Source: Catajapyx aquilonaris (taxonomy: Eukaryota). Taken from it: DNA of 64,000 bases. Positions within the stretch are counted from its first letter, which is position 1. Each line of letters starts with the position of its first letter. The stretch lies in contig KZ538084.1 of the NCBI GenBank assembly GCA_000934665.2, positions 1 to 64,000 of the forward strand, given 5' to 3'. The translations under genes and the position numbers were made by a program. Shown piece after piece: positions 1 through 12,055 of the stretch. Below the pieces are notes generated by a model. The model was given only the letters and a program-made list of their open reading frames with translations. It searched no databases and was not told the origin of the DNA.

Positions 1-36
1 CACGAAAGTGTAGGCCTCCACGAAAGTGTAGGCCTC
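1..36. repeat. 18-bp tandem duplication (cacgaaagtgtaggcctc x2), possibly cut by window edge
   Basis: Direct repeat at 1-18 and 19-36; related gagtgtaggc near 64-73. Confidence 0.85.
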
Positions 37-1053
37 TGAGTGAGAGAGAAGGTCTCCCAAGAAGAGTGTAGGCGCTTGACCCTTCTGGGCTTCCGTATAA
101 TTGTCACATCCGGACCTTTCCCTCTTCCTACGAAAGCGCGACACTCTGTACCAATCCAGCCTTCCAAGAAAACCAGACCTTACTGTACAGTGTACAGTTT
201 GCTACCACCTATTGTGACCATTTATAGACAGGAAGTCAAGAACTTTGACCTCATGAGGTCTCCTGAACCCTCGCAGCAAGGTGCCCTGCTGCTTTTGCTC
301 TGGGTTTTCTGATGAAAGGAAACGAAGGGCCCCTGTTTTGCGGTTTGCGGATGTCCAGTTGGGGCCCAAGTAGTCTCCAGCATACATGCATTGTTGGGTC
401 TGGGGCGAGTTGTGAAATGAGAATTCATAGTGCTGAGGATAGGAATGTCAGAGGAAGGCGCAAGTGTCCCTGGTGATGATGTGGGTACAAACGGTGAGAG
501 AGACAGCCAATATCATCAGATTATGTGAAGCCTTTTTTGCAAAAACAACATAATTATGTCAAAAATGCTCGATAATGAGTTATGACCACCACCACATAGT
601 TCCCAGCCTTGCGCTCATAATCGTTCAACACCAATGCAAAAGGACAATATTGTAAGGGAGAAAAAAATTGAGAAATAAATTCACATTTCACAAGATGAGC
701 AGATATCAGTGTTTCCGAGCTGCATATTTACAGAAGAACAGCATTAATGGTGTCCCATGTTATGTCTTCCATGAGGGAGCAGCCAGGGAGGGTCAGAATC
801 ATGGTTACAATGAGGTTTTGTTAATGCCAAGGGGTTAGCAACTCCCTGGAACCGGTGTACACACTGGCCAAGGAACCAGGTGGAACTAGCTTGGAAGTAT
901 ATGTGAGTATATGTGCCCATCTCTGGCGCCATGTTGGTTTCAGAAGACTTGAAATGGCAGCCATTTGAACCACTTTGTATTGTGGTATGACTATATATAG
1001 GGACTTGCAGCATTGCGTTTTTTAGTACCATGTACAGTACAAGTATAACAGTA

Positions 1054-1394
1054 GTGCGGGGGAGGTGTGGTGGCCGAGATGGTAACGTCTCGGCTTGCTG
1101 AGTGAAAAGTCCCAGGTTCGATCCCTGCCTGGGAGTTCCCTTCCACCTGCGTCAGGAGGGTCTCTGACCTGCACCAAGGATGAGGTGTCCGACAACCTAA
1201 CCTCCTGGGGGAACAGCACATGACCCATTTTCAGACAATGCACTTGCACCCATGTTCCCTCCCCAAAAATCCACATCCTTACCCAATTTCCTGTTTCCCT
1301 GCAACGGAGTGAAGATCAATCAGAAAATTGATAGAAAAATGGTGGTGTACCACCCCCCTATAGAACCCGTAAGGGTCATCACGGGGTACAAAAA
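1054..1394 (+). mobile_element. tRNA-derived SINE (family S1)
   Basis: A box TGGCCGAGATGG, B box GGTTCGATCCC, 3' stem-loop ccccct...acggggtac plus A tail, 13-bp TSD aagtataacagta at 1041-1053 and 1395-1407. Confidence 0.9.
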
Positions 1395-1470
1395 AAGTAT
1401 AACAGTATAGTACAGTACAATAGTGTAGAATAATGTATAGCAAGAATACACTATAGTCTGAATAAACGGC

Positions 1471-1748
1471 CGGCGCTGGTGGTCTGGTGGTTAGCGCGCT
1501 CCCCTCTAGACCCAAAGTTGTGGGTTCGAACCCCCGAGGTCGGTGACTTTTCTCCGGGTTGTAGGAAAGTGAGAGTGCGCCTTCCTTCGAAGGGGCAGTA
1601 AAGCCGTCGGTCCCGTGTGCTTGTGACATTGTGCGAGTGCACGTTAAAGATCCCCAGAGTGGCCAAATTTCCAGGAGGAGGACCCTCCCCTGGCGTCGGT
1701 GTTTATCCTTAGCAGCAGAAATAGGCCGACGTTAAGCCCCACTGATAA
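1471..1748 (+). mobile_element. tRNA-derived SINE with Meta-like central domain (family S2)
   Basis: A box TGGTCTGGTGG, B box GGTTCGAACCC, central ccttccttcgaaggggcagtaaagccgtcggtccc...gcacgttaaagatccc, 16-bp TSD agtctgaataaacggc (1455-1470, 1749-1764); second copy at 32663-32936. The MetaSINE domain label is from recall. Confidence 0.92.
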
Positions 1749-3230
1749 AGTCTGAATAAACGGCACTACAGGCTTCAGAACCGTTCAGAACTGCTTGCTT
1801 GAGAATATAAGTTTTCTTTGATTAGGAAGTCAGGTTCAAATTAAAGCTTTTGTTCGAAAGCGAAGTACTGTGAATAATTGATGGTGCAATAATTAGTGGC
1901 TTATTACTCTTCATGTCGAGCCAGTTCACTACTTCTGACATTTTCTCTTAGAGAGGAGTTCGCATAATTATTTAATAAAATATTAATATTTGGCATTTAA
2001 TCGCAGTACGGTATTCAGTCAGTAAAGTGTAGTGTGACTATAATATGAACGATGCAAATCAATTAACTAAAATATAAAATCACTATTATTTATTACTTTC
2101 ATAATCATTCTATGGTGTAGTCTAGCGTCAGTAAAAATAATTACACATCCTGTTTTATTGAGAAAATATATTAGGCCATACTATTGTTCATTTCCACATC
2201 CCTGTTGTGTGCTGCTTTCCCACTGCGTATTACACACTATAGGTCATATTTTGCACAGGCTCAGTACAAAGGTCTCCCGACTCTGTTGCTATCAGCAAGG
2301 GGACAATATTGGAACTGTCCCGCTTTCATTACGACGCGTCTCTCTTTCGCAATATGACACTGGCAGAGGTGGTTCCGGTGATCTATTATTACATAGGCTC
2401 TTCTATTATCAAGATGCTCTGCCACATTGAGCTCCACGAAATGCAACTTGGCGTTATTTCTCGAAAACACAATAATTAGTCGCGATAACATAATACTTAT
2501 CTGAACGACCTCACAAGTTGTTTTGCTGCGTGGCTGTGACTTGAGTCATAACAAACAGAAGTACGGACATCAGTGGAGCGTATAGGGCTCTCAGTTGCAG
2601 AAATAAAACGACTCTGGAGCACAAACGTATTCCTCCACCAGCTCGCTCCAAGCCAGGATGATTATCAGGAGGTCATGATGATGAAAGTACATTTTGAGAA
2701 TGATGCTATTCTAAGTCCGTCACAGACATAAGCCCTGTGCTCGAGTATACTGTAATATTGTGCTGTGTCGCGTTCAGTTGGGAAGCAGTCCCACTGCAGT
2801 ATTTGTGCTGCATTGTTGGGTCCAATGGGACGTCAGGTTATGGGCAACAGCATGACCGAGGTTACTAAGGGGTCTGGCACACTCTGCAAGGCATGTATTA
2901 TAATATCACCCATATTATTGTGTCGGCATTATTAGTTAGGACAGTTGTTACAGTAGCAAGTTGCGAATATAAACTGATAGAAAAATGTAGAACTAATATG
3001 CTAAATTGTGATTATTCTTCCTAGTAGTGAAACAGCTTTCATGAAACCAAGAAATTCTGAAGCTGGCCGACATCTAAAGCTCGATAGTGAAAATCGCTAC
3101 CGACTAAATTCTCACTGAATTGATCAATCATCCTCTAATGAAAAATTGATCGCTTAGCAGAAAATTACCATAAAAATTGTCCCAAATTTTCCGATTGAAT
3201 GAGGAACTATTCAATACATCTCCTTGCCAC

Positions 3231-3388
3231 GGTGCGTTTACATATGGGCGATTTGACGAGTGAAGTCTTCGCCCGAGGCTGAAATTAACAATCGTTTTTC
3301 GCCTCACTAAACAATATTGGTTACTTGGGTTACTAAGCCTCGGCGAAGTCCGCGTCGCTCGTCAAATCGCTCACATGTAAACGCACCT
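3231..3388. mobile_element. PIF/Harbinger (Tourist-like) MITE, family H1
   Basis: TIRs ggtgcgtttacat...atgtaaacgcacc(t); homologous to 11745-12055 and 20499-20634. Confidence 0.85.
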
Positions 3389-4322
3389 TTATGCGCCGAG
3401 TCCACCATATTTACACTTTATAAAGCAACTTTTCTCACACTATGATCCCAGCAACTTTGGCCATTATGACAGCAACTGATGGCCATCTTCCCGAGTCACG
3501 CGGCGATTGTGACGCACTAAAGAATACAGAAAAGGCTATAGCCTAGTGCTAGACTCCCATCGTGGGCGGTACCATCATCCTTTGGCAAACCCGCGCCAGC
3601 TAGACGGAAATTTTTAATCGTTGACACTAAGCCCGTTCTGCCCGTCACCCCCATTCATCACTCCTCTTCAATAGGCTGTCAACAAGCAGCTAAGCAAGCC
3701 TCCCCTCTCCTTCCTCCATTCCCCCACCTTCCTCACATTTGCCACCATCCCTCAATTGGACGAACATCAGATTTATGGATGGATGGGAAGGAGGGAGAAA
3801 GTAGGGGAAGGTAGGGATTCTCTCTTTCAAAAAAGTAGGGAGATGAAAAGGCCTGATTCACTTGATGTTGAGACACTATATTCGTGTGTTTTCACTTACA
3901 AGTTTGAGAGTGAGGACTAATATATTACTTGATTTCCATAGTGATGAGCTGTTAAATTTTACGTCGCGTCTTCATCACTGGATGCCCATCATCTATGAAA
4001 GATTACCCTTAAGGCCCAATGATTGACTGATCCATGGAAGGAGCTAGTGAAAGGATAAATGGGATATCCAGGGCGAGTCACATTTTTTACACGTGGATGG
4101 GCTATGAGAGGACTTCAAAATAGTCTACTTTCTCAGCGAAATTATTCCTTCAGAGCTACCATTTTCAGATGTACGAAATGAGAGTAGTTTGAGGGAACCA
4201 AAATCACCCTCCTTATTCCTCCTTATGACCGTATTTAATCGAGGTTAACCTTTGTTCGGCATGAGGCGGTCCACCTTGTCCATCGCGCCGATAAGGGTTG
4301 CCAGACTGCAAAAAGACAAAGC

Positions 4323-6812
4323 ATGCTGGCAAGCATGCTCCTGACGTCACTTCCCGGGCGGCCATGTTGGGTCCAGCTGCTAATGTGCGTTGCTAACCTC
4401 GTGCGCATGCGTGGGTTCCTCCATGTTGGCGTCCATCCATCCAAAAAAGTAATCAAGTGTGAGTATTTTATTATCATCATTTTAAAATACGAAGGGCAGG
4501 AGTGGTCCCTTAAAATTTATAGTTTATAACACGTAATATCTAGAAGACGTTATTTGCAGGGTTGCCAACAGGTACTGCTGGCACCACTGAGCATTTGGCG
4601 TGGGCCTTACCGGACGGCAGTCGTGCAGTTGCGTACAGCAGTCGTGACGGGGTCAGCTCACTGAGGACAGTCCCGGGGCCACCTCGGGGCAAATTAATCA
4701 AGGATACCAAAACCTGCGTAAGGTAATAACATGCTTTATTCCTTCACTTTTAATTTGTCTGTAAAGTGGACAGCATTATGATCCCCGCGTTTTGTTGACT
4801 TAGTGCAAGCTTGAAAAGGTCAATAAAAATAAGAACTAGATTTTGTCTGTGTGTGAAAAACTATGTAGCCGTGTGGGTGGGGCATGGCGGGATGTATTGA
4901 CGGGAGGGGGCGCCTGTCGTCCCCCGACCAAGCGGGCCAAAGCCCCCCTGGTCGGATAGGGTTGGGGTAGCCATGTTGCTACAGTAACCCTTCCCCCTGC
5001 AGATGATAGGTGCCAGCACTTACCACTTACTTAACTATTGCGGTTTGTTTGAACCGAGCAAGCAACAGCGGGGGGTGTTTGAATGGAACAAAATGAGCAA
5101 TTAGTACCGGTAGCCCATATTACGGGTTTTGCAATAGTGATGAAGTACCCCAAGATAGATTCATAAAAGCCCGCACTTCATGACCTTCATGTCTTCGCGA
5201 CCTGGAGTTCTGACTCACATATTGTAGGCCTATAGCACAAATGTGTGTTGGCGCCCCAGCAGTCTAGAAAGGTGAAGGTTAGGAAAAACACCATCACCTT
5301 ACTAGTGCTGTTGGATGTAAAGGACCCAGATACGTGTGTCCGAAACTTTTCAGTACCAAGCTCAAAGCATGTTTTCGGTACTGAGTAATTATTTCTCGTT
5401 ATTTTGGCTTAATTTTTTCCCTGTTAAATATGCAGTGCTCTCTATGGTTCTAGAATTTAGCGGATGCCGTCATGTGTGTTTTTACGTGCTGCTGTTAGCG
5501 TTACAGCTTTTATAAGCGCAACCTTCGCACATCTCATGCGAGAATTAAAATCTTTTAACTGATTAGCCTCCATCCATGCCTCCTTGCCCATGATGCACTG
5601 ATTATAGTGAACAGCCATCTAGCTACTGAGAAACTCTTTTATTTTATTAGCGTGAAAATTTTATGCGGAAGGCCATGAATAGGAGAAGTAAACAAGCCTG
5701 CGCCAGGCTGCTCAATTACCTCTTAGAACACGGGAGGTGGTTTATGGACTCCTTATTTCGGGTTCATAACAGTGATTTGGGTACACAAGATTACAGCGCT
5801 CTACACTTTTACGAGTTCGAAGTCTTGTAATTACATCCTTGTTTCAGCAAGAGGTGTAGTAAACGGTGTTTAGAATACACCTACATGAAGACGTCGTCGA
5901 AAGAGCCGCTATAGAGCCGGGGAGGATTGTTAGAAAAGGCGAACGATAGCCAGGATCTGGGGATTTCTACATTCAACGACTGACATTTACGTGGAACTTA
6001 CCAGAAGATACTATAGCACAGAGAAGGGATGAATCGCCTTCACTTTCTGTAGAGTTGGGCATGTGAATCAATATTATTTTCGTAGGCCTATCAACTGGTG
6101 GGGAGATATGATAGAGTACTTATTGATATATCGCAGCATATTGAGGTTTTAAATCTCGCCATCTCATTAGTTGTTCAAAAAAGTAAGCAAATTAAATTCA
6201 AAGACGTCTTCATTTACGGAAATATCAAGATTTGAAACTAACAACTAGTCCTCTCGTTAGGCTCCAAATACCGGTGCAAACGTTGCATCCCATTACTAAT
6301 AGCTGTCCACCTGACTTGAGAGATATATCTGCAAAGAACTGCATTGCCAATATTCGATCTTCATGATAAACATATGCCCTCCTTACATTTCTAGGATGCG
6401 TCACGTGGTACATCTCCTAGCAGGCAGGCAGATTAATGTGTTTCGGTCCAGCACTCCTTCGTGGGGGAGGTCGAACGATCCATACATGCTCTATTTGGAT
6501 GGCCAGTATGGACCTCCTCCCGAAGGGTGCTGGGAGGAACACAACCATCTCGAACAAGATGAAGCCGACCGCCGCGCAAGATGGCGGAGGGAAAGCGTTG
6601 AGCTCTTGAGGCCTGAGGAAGGACCAGGGCGCCGAGTATCCATCCAGTTTCCTGTGAGCCGTCGTAGACACCCTCTGTACATACGAAGAGGTGATCCACG
6701 GTTCACCGGGGAACTGCAGCTCCGTATTGCCACCACTTCCGTGATAGTCGCTCTGGCCTTTTTATTGTATATTGGAGTATTATACATAACTGTATTACTA
6801 TTCTGGTATTAA
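4323..6812 (+). CDS. Candidate spliced orphan gene (exons 4323-4458, 4560-4722, 6395-6812), ~238 aa with C-terminal transmembrane segment
   Basis: GC-rich open segments join in phase across a 101-nt AT-rich GTGAGT...TTTGCAG intron (4459-4559) and a GTAATA...ccctccttacatttctAG intron (4723-6394). Hydrophobic C-terminus VIVALAFLLYIGVLYITVLLFWY; AATAAA at 6865. No recognised homology. Confidence 0.33.
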
Positions 6813-9800
6813 AATGAAATTTTCACGTAGCTATTGACCAAATTTTTTCGAACAAAAAGTTCACAATAAAGATCAACCTTTATGGGCAGGACTAGCTGTT
6901 GTCATTGTCCCAACATCTTTTGTTATAAACTGGAGGGTGGAGAGAGGGGAGATTCACCATTGAAAAGGGGCAGGCATCCAGGGTAGGTGCGGGTCCTGCA
7001 AGGTCCTGGAGAGCCCTTGAAAATTCTGGAATGTGGGACTAACGTTCTATCTCTAATTCTTTTAAGTCTGTCACATTGCTGTCATAACCAGTCAAAATGG
7101 CAACAAAGGTGACATCAGTTCCAACTGAAAATAATCGCAGCAGTAGAGGGGTAGAGGGGTCAGAAACCCAAACAGTAGCCTATTAATCCTATTATACGTA
7201 CACTTTAAAAGTGCAAGTGTGGAGATCTCGTATGTGACAGTGTAACGTAGAGAATAATCTACGATATAAATTTGACTTTGCAACTGAACTTATTATTGAT
7301 AATAATGGCAGTAGCAGTTGCTCCGTAAAGGCTTGATTCATCCCAGGTAATTCTGTTTCAATTTTTCAGACTTTTTTCAATCACTACGCTACTGATGGAT
7401 TTTGGAATTTGTAGTACTGCAAAAAAGTAATACCTTGATGTTTTCCGAGGTATCCAAGGTCCATAAAAATACTGCAATCGTGTATTATGCAGTGCATTCT
7501 TCAAATTATTGCTACAGCTTTTACTATTCAGGAATTATGTGAATAGCCACAGTTCATATAAGCCTAATTGTCATTGTGCCTTGGCAAATTTGGAGCACCC
7601 TTTTACAAGCACGGAATTCTCACTATTCCGCACCGTACATTCCCTATCACTCCTCTATACAGTGTGGTTGCACTAGATACACGATGAGGAGGAAGAATTG
7701 CCTGCACATATTTCTACGAGTTCCATCTCCCAACAACAAACCTATTGACCGTTGAGGGCTCTTATGATATAATTGTAGGCTAGTGCAGGCCTGAAGCCCA
7801 CTATAGAAACCGGCATACCGCTGGCTATCCGGAGATAAACATTGTACCATACCAGCTTTTAGCTCCACATATGACAATACTTGCGACCAAAAAATCACAT
7901 GAAAATTCTGGACTGGGCAATTTATCGTACGTAATAGAAAATAAGGCTGTGGCATCTTATCGGGCAAGATTTCCTCTTCGGCTCTGAAAATGGACGGGTA
8001 GAGCTCCACAAGGCTCAAGTAGGTCGCTTTCTGTTAGGCGGTGTGGTGGTTGTGGCCCTCTAGGGATTGTGATTTGGGGCCTTTTGGGAGCGTACGGATT
8101 TCAATGTTCGCCAAGAGGCGAAGGCGGCTACTGATTATGGCAAGCCAGCACGTATTGTCTCTGTTCCCTCGCCCCCACCTCTACCCCTACACTCTAGCGC
8201 ACACACTTTTTACCCGTATTATTAGCTCTATTTTTCAAATGCACCTTTGTGTGCCAGCAGTTGCCTCAGGGTTACTGATCGCCTAACCTGCATCATTGTT
8301 GTATGTAACTGATGTCGAATTTGTGCTGGAAACTATTGTCGATATGGGCATATATAGATTATGAATGTGTCAAACTTGCGGAAGGCCTGTTGCTGCATGA
8401 GGAAATGACATTGTTTGTTGAATTACGACTGTATATATTAGCAATAATATTGGTAATTTTTAACAGTAACAGCTTTGGGACAACTAACACGCACGGAAAT
8501 GTCTTCTTTTGAGAAAACCGAAAAGGCTAGAAGGTGTGCAAGTGATTTGGATGTAAATTACGACTTGTAAGGAGAAAAAACATCCTTTGTAGTTGAGGAA
8601 TGCTATTTTTCACATTTTTAATGAGGATGAGTGCAGAGGTATGTTGACATTTTCATTACCTTACGCTAGACTTACTTAGGATATACAGTAACACCGAAGG
8701 TGGTTCAACGCCCAAGTTCCACGTTCTAGGGGAGAACTTTTGGGCTGTAAGCCCAACAATCGGTTTAAAGACAGACAACAATCCCTACAAGCAATTGCTG
8801 ATTTCCAAAGTGCCTCACTTGGAAAAATACATGGAACTACAGTATGAAATAGCATTATTATGCCTTATACAATGAGTGAAATAAGTAGGATATGATTGAA
8901 TCATTCTTGTATACCTTTGTCAACGCATGTTCTTTTACGTGAGTATGGTACACATAAAAGGGACAAAACTGACTTAAACAGTGTGTAATAATTGGTTGAC
9001 AAGGATGACTTCATTGATTACTTTTTATCTGTGCCAAATAGGTAGAAGAGAGGATTATTTTATTCACGATTTTAAATGCTCCACAAAATAATCACAAATT
9101 ACATTCTGTAATAAAATTACTCCACACTCTTGCGTTTACTACCAAATGAATGCAACTGTGAGCAGTGTTCATGGTAAGTTACACCATTTTTTGTGCAACT
9201 ATCATCATGAAGTGTCCATCAATATTAATAGATGTGTGTGAACTATTGGCATGAACAACCAGCTCTCTGCACTTTTGCAGTAATCTAGTTTGGTAGGTTT
9301 GTGTGCAGAGGAATTTCATGTTGGTCCTCACTGAGCGAAAGCGTGTGTGCAATCGCATATCGACCAATTCGGCAAAATTGTTCGCTTGCTACGAGCTTGA
9401 CAGGCTCATTACTAATTACCGCAGTGATATGTAAATCATTTCATAAACATCTGTGATTTCATAAAACCTTTCCCAATATAGTCGTCCTAAATTACGCAGT
9501 GTATTCTACCTACTATATCGGTTACATCATAAAGTGCAAAATGCTATCCCAGCATTCGTAGAATCTAAAACTCTCGGAAACTTTTGCCCAATAAATGGTC
9601 AACCATATAGTCGTTATTTCCGTACCCGTTTGAAACCAGTTCATGGACTGTTCGAGTTAAGCAATAGTTTGAGCAACAACACCCATCCACATTGTTTTTT
9701 TTTTTTCACCGCACCACAACAGCTGCAATAACCTGCGTGGCTAAAACTTCTTATCGGTTAAATCCATTAAAAGTTTCTTGAAGATGTTATTAATCATTGG

Positions 9801-10030
9801 TGGCCTTCCAGGTGTAACGCTGCCCATTTCCGGAGGTCGGCTAGGGTAATCTTGACTCAACAAGGTAAAGCTTGTCAGCGAAAGAAGAGTGCTCCAAACT
9901 ATAGGCGTGGCATATGGTTAGCGAAACGGGAACTTCTATACTTACCTTTCATGTTGTGAGATCTGACCACCCTAGGTCATCTCTCCTGACCCCACAGAAG
10001 TCGTTGTCTAATAATACACAGGTTGTCAAC

Positions 10031-10082
10031 AACCTATTTATTAGACTAGCCTCATCTCCGGCTGTCTGACGGCTAACTACAT
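10031..10082 (-). repeat. Dispersed repeat end (...gaggCTAGTctaataaata), possibly a Helitron-type 3' end
   Basis: About 40 bp close to 32551-32590; terminal part shared with 60167-60215. Confidence 0.55.
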
Positions 10083-11744
10083 CACAAAGACACTCCAATA
10101 GTCAAATTCATATGTGTGACACTTCCTGGCCAAGTGGTGTTGATAGACTGTATTGAGTCATTCTGAAATCAGAGTTAACCGGCTCTCAGGTATATTGTGC
10201 TATGAAATACAGTGTTCAAACCTTTCACAAATGTTAATCATTAATTATGACGAATTCATAACATGGAAACCGTTGTTGTTTATTTTTATTAATTATACGC
10301 TTGTCTGGATTAATGTAATTACAAAATCAGCCCTTGCAAAAGCGGCATTTGCATGTAGTTGACGACTAAAATACCGAATCATTCTGCATGGGGAGTTTGT
10401 CGTGTACCGCATTGTGTAATGGATAGAGATAAGTGAGTGGCAAAGTCTGAAAAATAACGCTGTGTTGAAAATCGAGTTGACAAAAGATTTTTTGAAGGTT
10501 TTTTTTTCTACTCCCCAGGGCCATTTTCTCTCTTCCCTTCTCAGTGTCAGAGTTCCATCAAAATCTGCTCAGTCCACACGAGGATATTGAAAGGCTGAAA
10601 GTGCTGCCTCACCGTAGTTCAAATGCCATCTTGGCCTTCTTCTTCCTTCTAGCTTCCATTAGTCACTGCCAGCCAGAAGACGCCACATGCAATTAAACAT
10701 TTTTTTTTACTCCTTTGCAGTTGTTTCAAAAATGGTAAAAATTATGAAAAAAACTGTTATTATTGCCTGTCAAAAACGTTTAGCAGTTAATTTCGGATAT
10801 TGCTCCGTCATGTGGGACAACTGCTTAGGATTATTTGTTACAATGGAAATTCCTCCAGGGCAGGAATCCATTAATGGGGGTGTCAGCAATGCCACTACAT
10901 GTAGGGATCAAGAACCGCAAAAAACGAGTAACATTCTCTCGAACTGACTTAAAAACCTTCATGCATCATTAGAGTTTTCGCATCAATGGTAATGAGGCTT
11001 TCTCTGATGATGACACAAAAAGCGCCCTGTTTAATCCAAACACCATTGTTGATGCCACACTTCTGTGTCAACCACATTCATTTTTTTGACGTGGGTTTTT
11101 ACAGTTCTGCCAGATTTAACTTGCATTTGAGCGGGCTTCCCTTAAAAAGAGCAAAAGCCATTAGTTTTCAATCAGTGTTAGTAAGAGACAGTATGTAACC
11201 AATGACAGAGTTTGTCAACAATTATTGATGTTGGTAAGGTTGTTTGGGAGTAAGCTGTTTATACAGTATTATTATGAGCTAACAATGAGTATCAAATTGT
11301 CGTCCCACTGATAGAAACTGCTAACTTAGCAGTACCAGTGCCAACAAGGATACTTCTAAGAAAGCAGCAACTAACAGTGGGACGAAAATTCCACCCAATA
11401 TTTTAGGGACTGTCAGACATCTTACCTGCGGCTACATTTTTGTTAAGTCTCTATCAGTATTTTGAGTCTCGTAGGGATTTTTTTATAGATTTAGTGTGGG
11501 GTTATGTTACTAGTAACCCAAGAGGCCCAGGCCGACCTTACATGACCAAACCAGATTGCTTTTCTTGATGAAATAGGGGACATCTACTGGGTATCGGGTG
11601 AATAGATAAAAAACGATGCAATAGTAATAGTAATGCTTGTTGATCTTTTTCATCTAGTACAGTACTCCATAGATGCCCCCCATAATTACTGATTAGTCAA
11701 TACATTCCGAAGTTAAATTCGAATATCACGGCCTTTCAGCATAA

Positions 11745-12055
11745 AGGTGCGTTTACATGTGAGCGATTTGACAAGCGACATCTTCGCCGAGGATGAGTAA
11801 CCCAAGTAACCAATATTGTTTGAGGCGAAAATCGATTGTTAATAATTTCAGCCTCGGCGAAGATTTCGCTCGTGAAATCGCACACATGTGAGCGATTTGA
11901 TCGCGCGATGTCATCGCCGAGCGGTGCATCGCTGAGTAACCCGAGTAACCAGTATTGTTTGAGGCAAAAATCGATTGTTACTTTCACCTCAAACAATATT
12001 GGTTACTCGGCGATGCCCCGCTCGGCGATGACATCGCTCACATATAAACGCACCT
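11745..12055. mobile_element. Harbinger-type MITE family H1, composite/dimeric copy
   Basis: TAA|aggtgcgtttacatgtgagcgat ... atcgctcacatataaacgcacct|TTA; an internal TIR-like junction at ~11875-11900 joins two related units. Confidence 0.85.

Noticed and set aside
744..1000. Possible RNase H remnant (TWFLGQC...ANPLA)
   Set aside because: Catalytic residues absent and motif order inconsistent.
9900..9946. 47-nt GTAAGT...CTAAC...TAG micro-intron on the minus strand
   Set aside because: Flanking frames are short and no coherent gene model results.
10743..10755. TATGAAAAAAACT resembling a rhabdovirus gene-end signal
   Set aside because: Not followed by the AACAG start signal; expected by chance in A-rich DNA.
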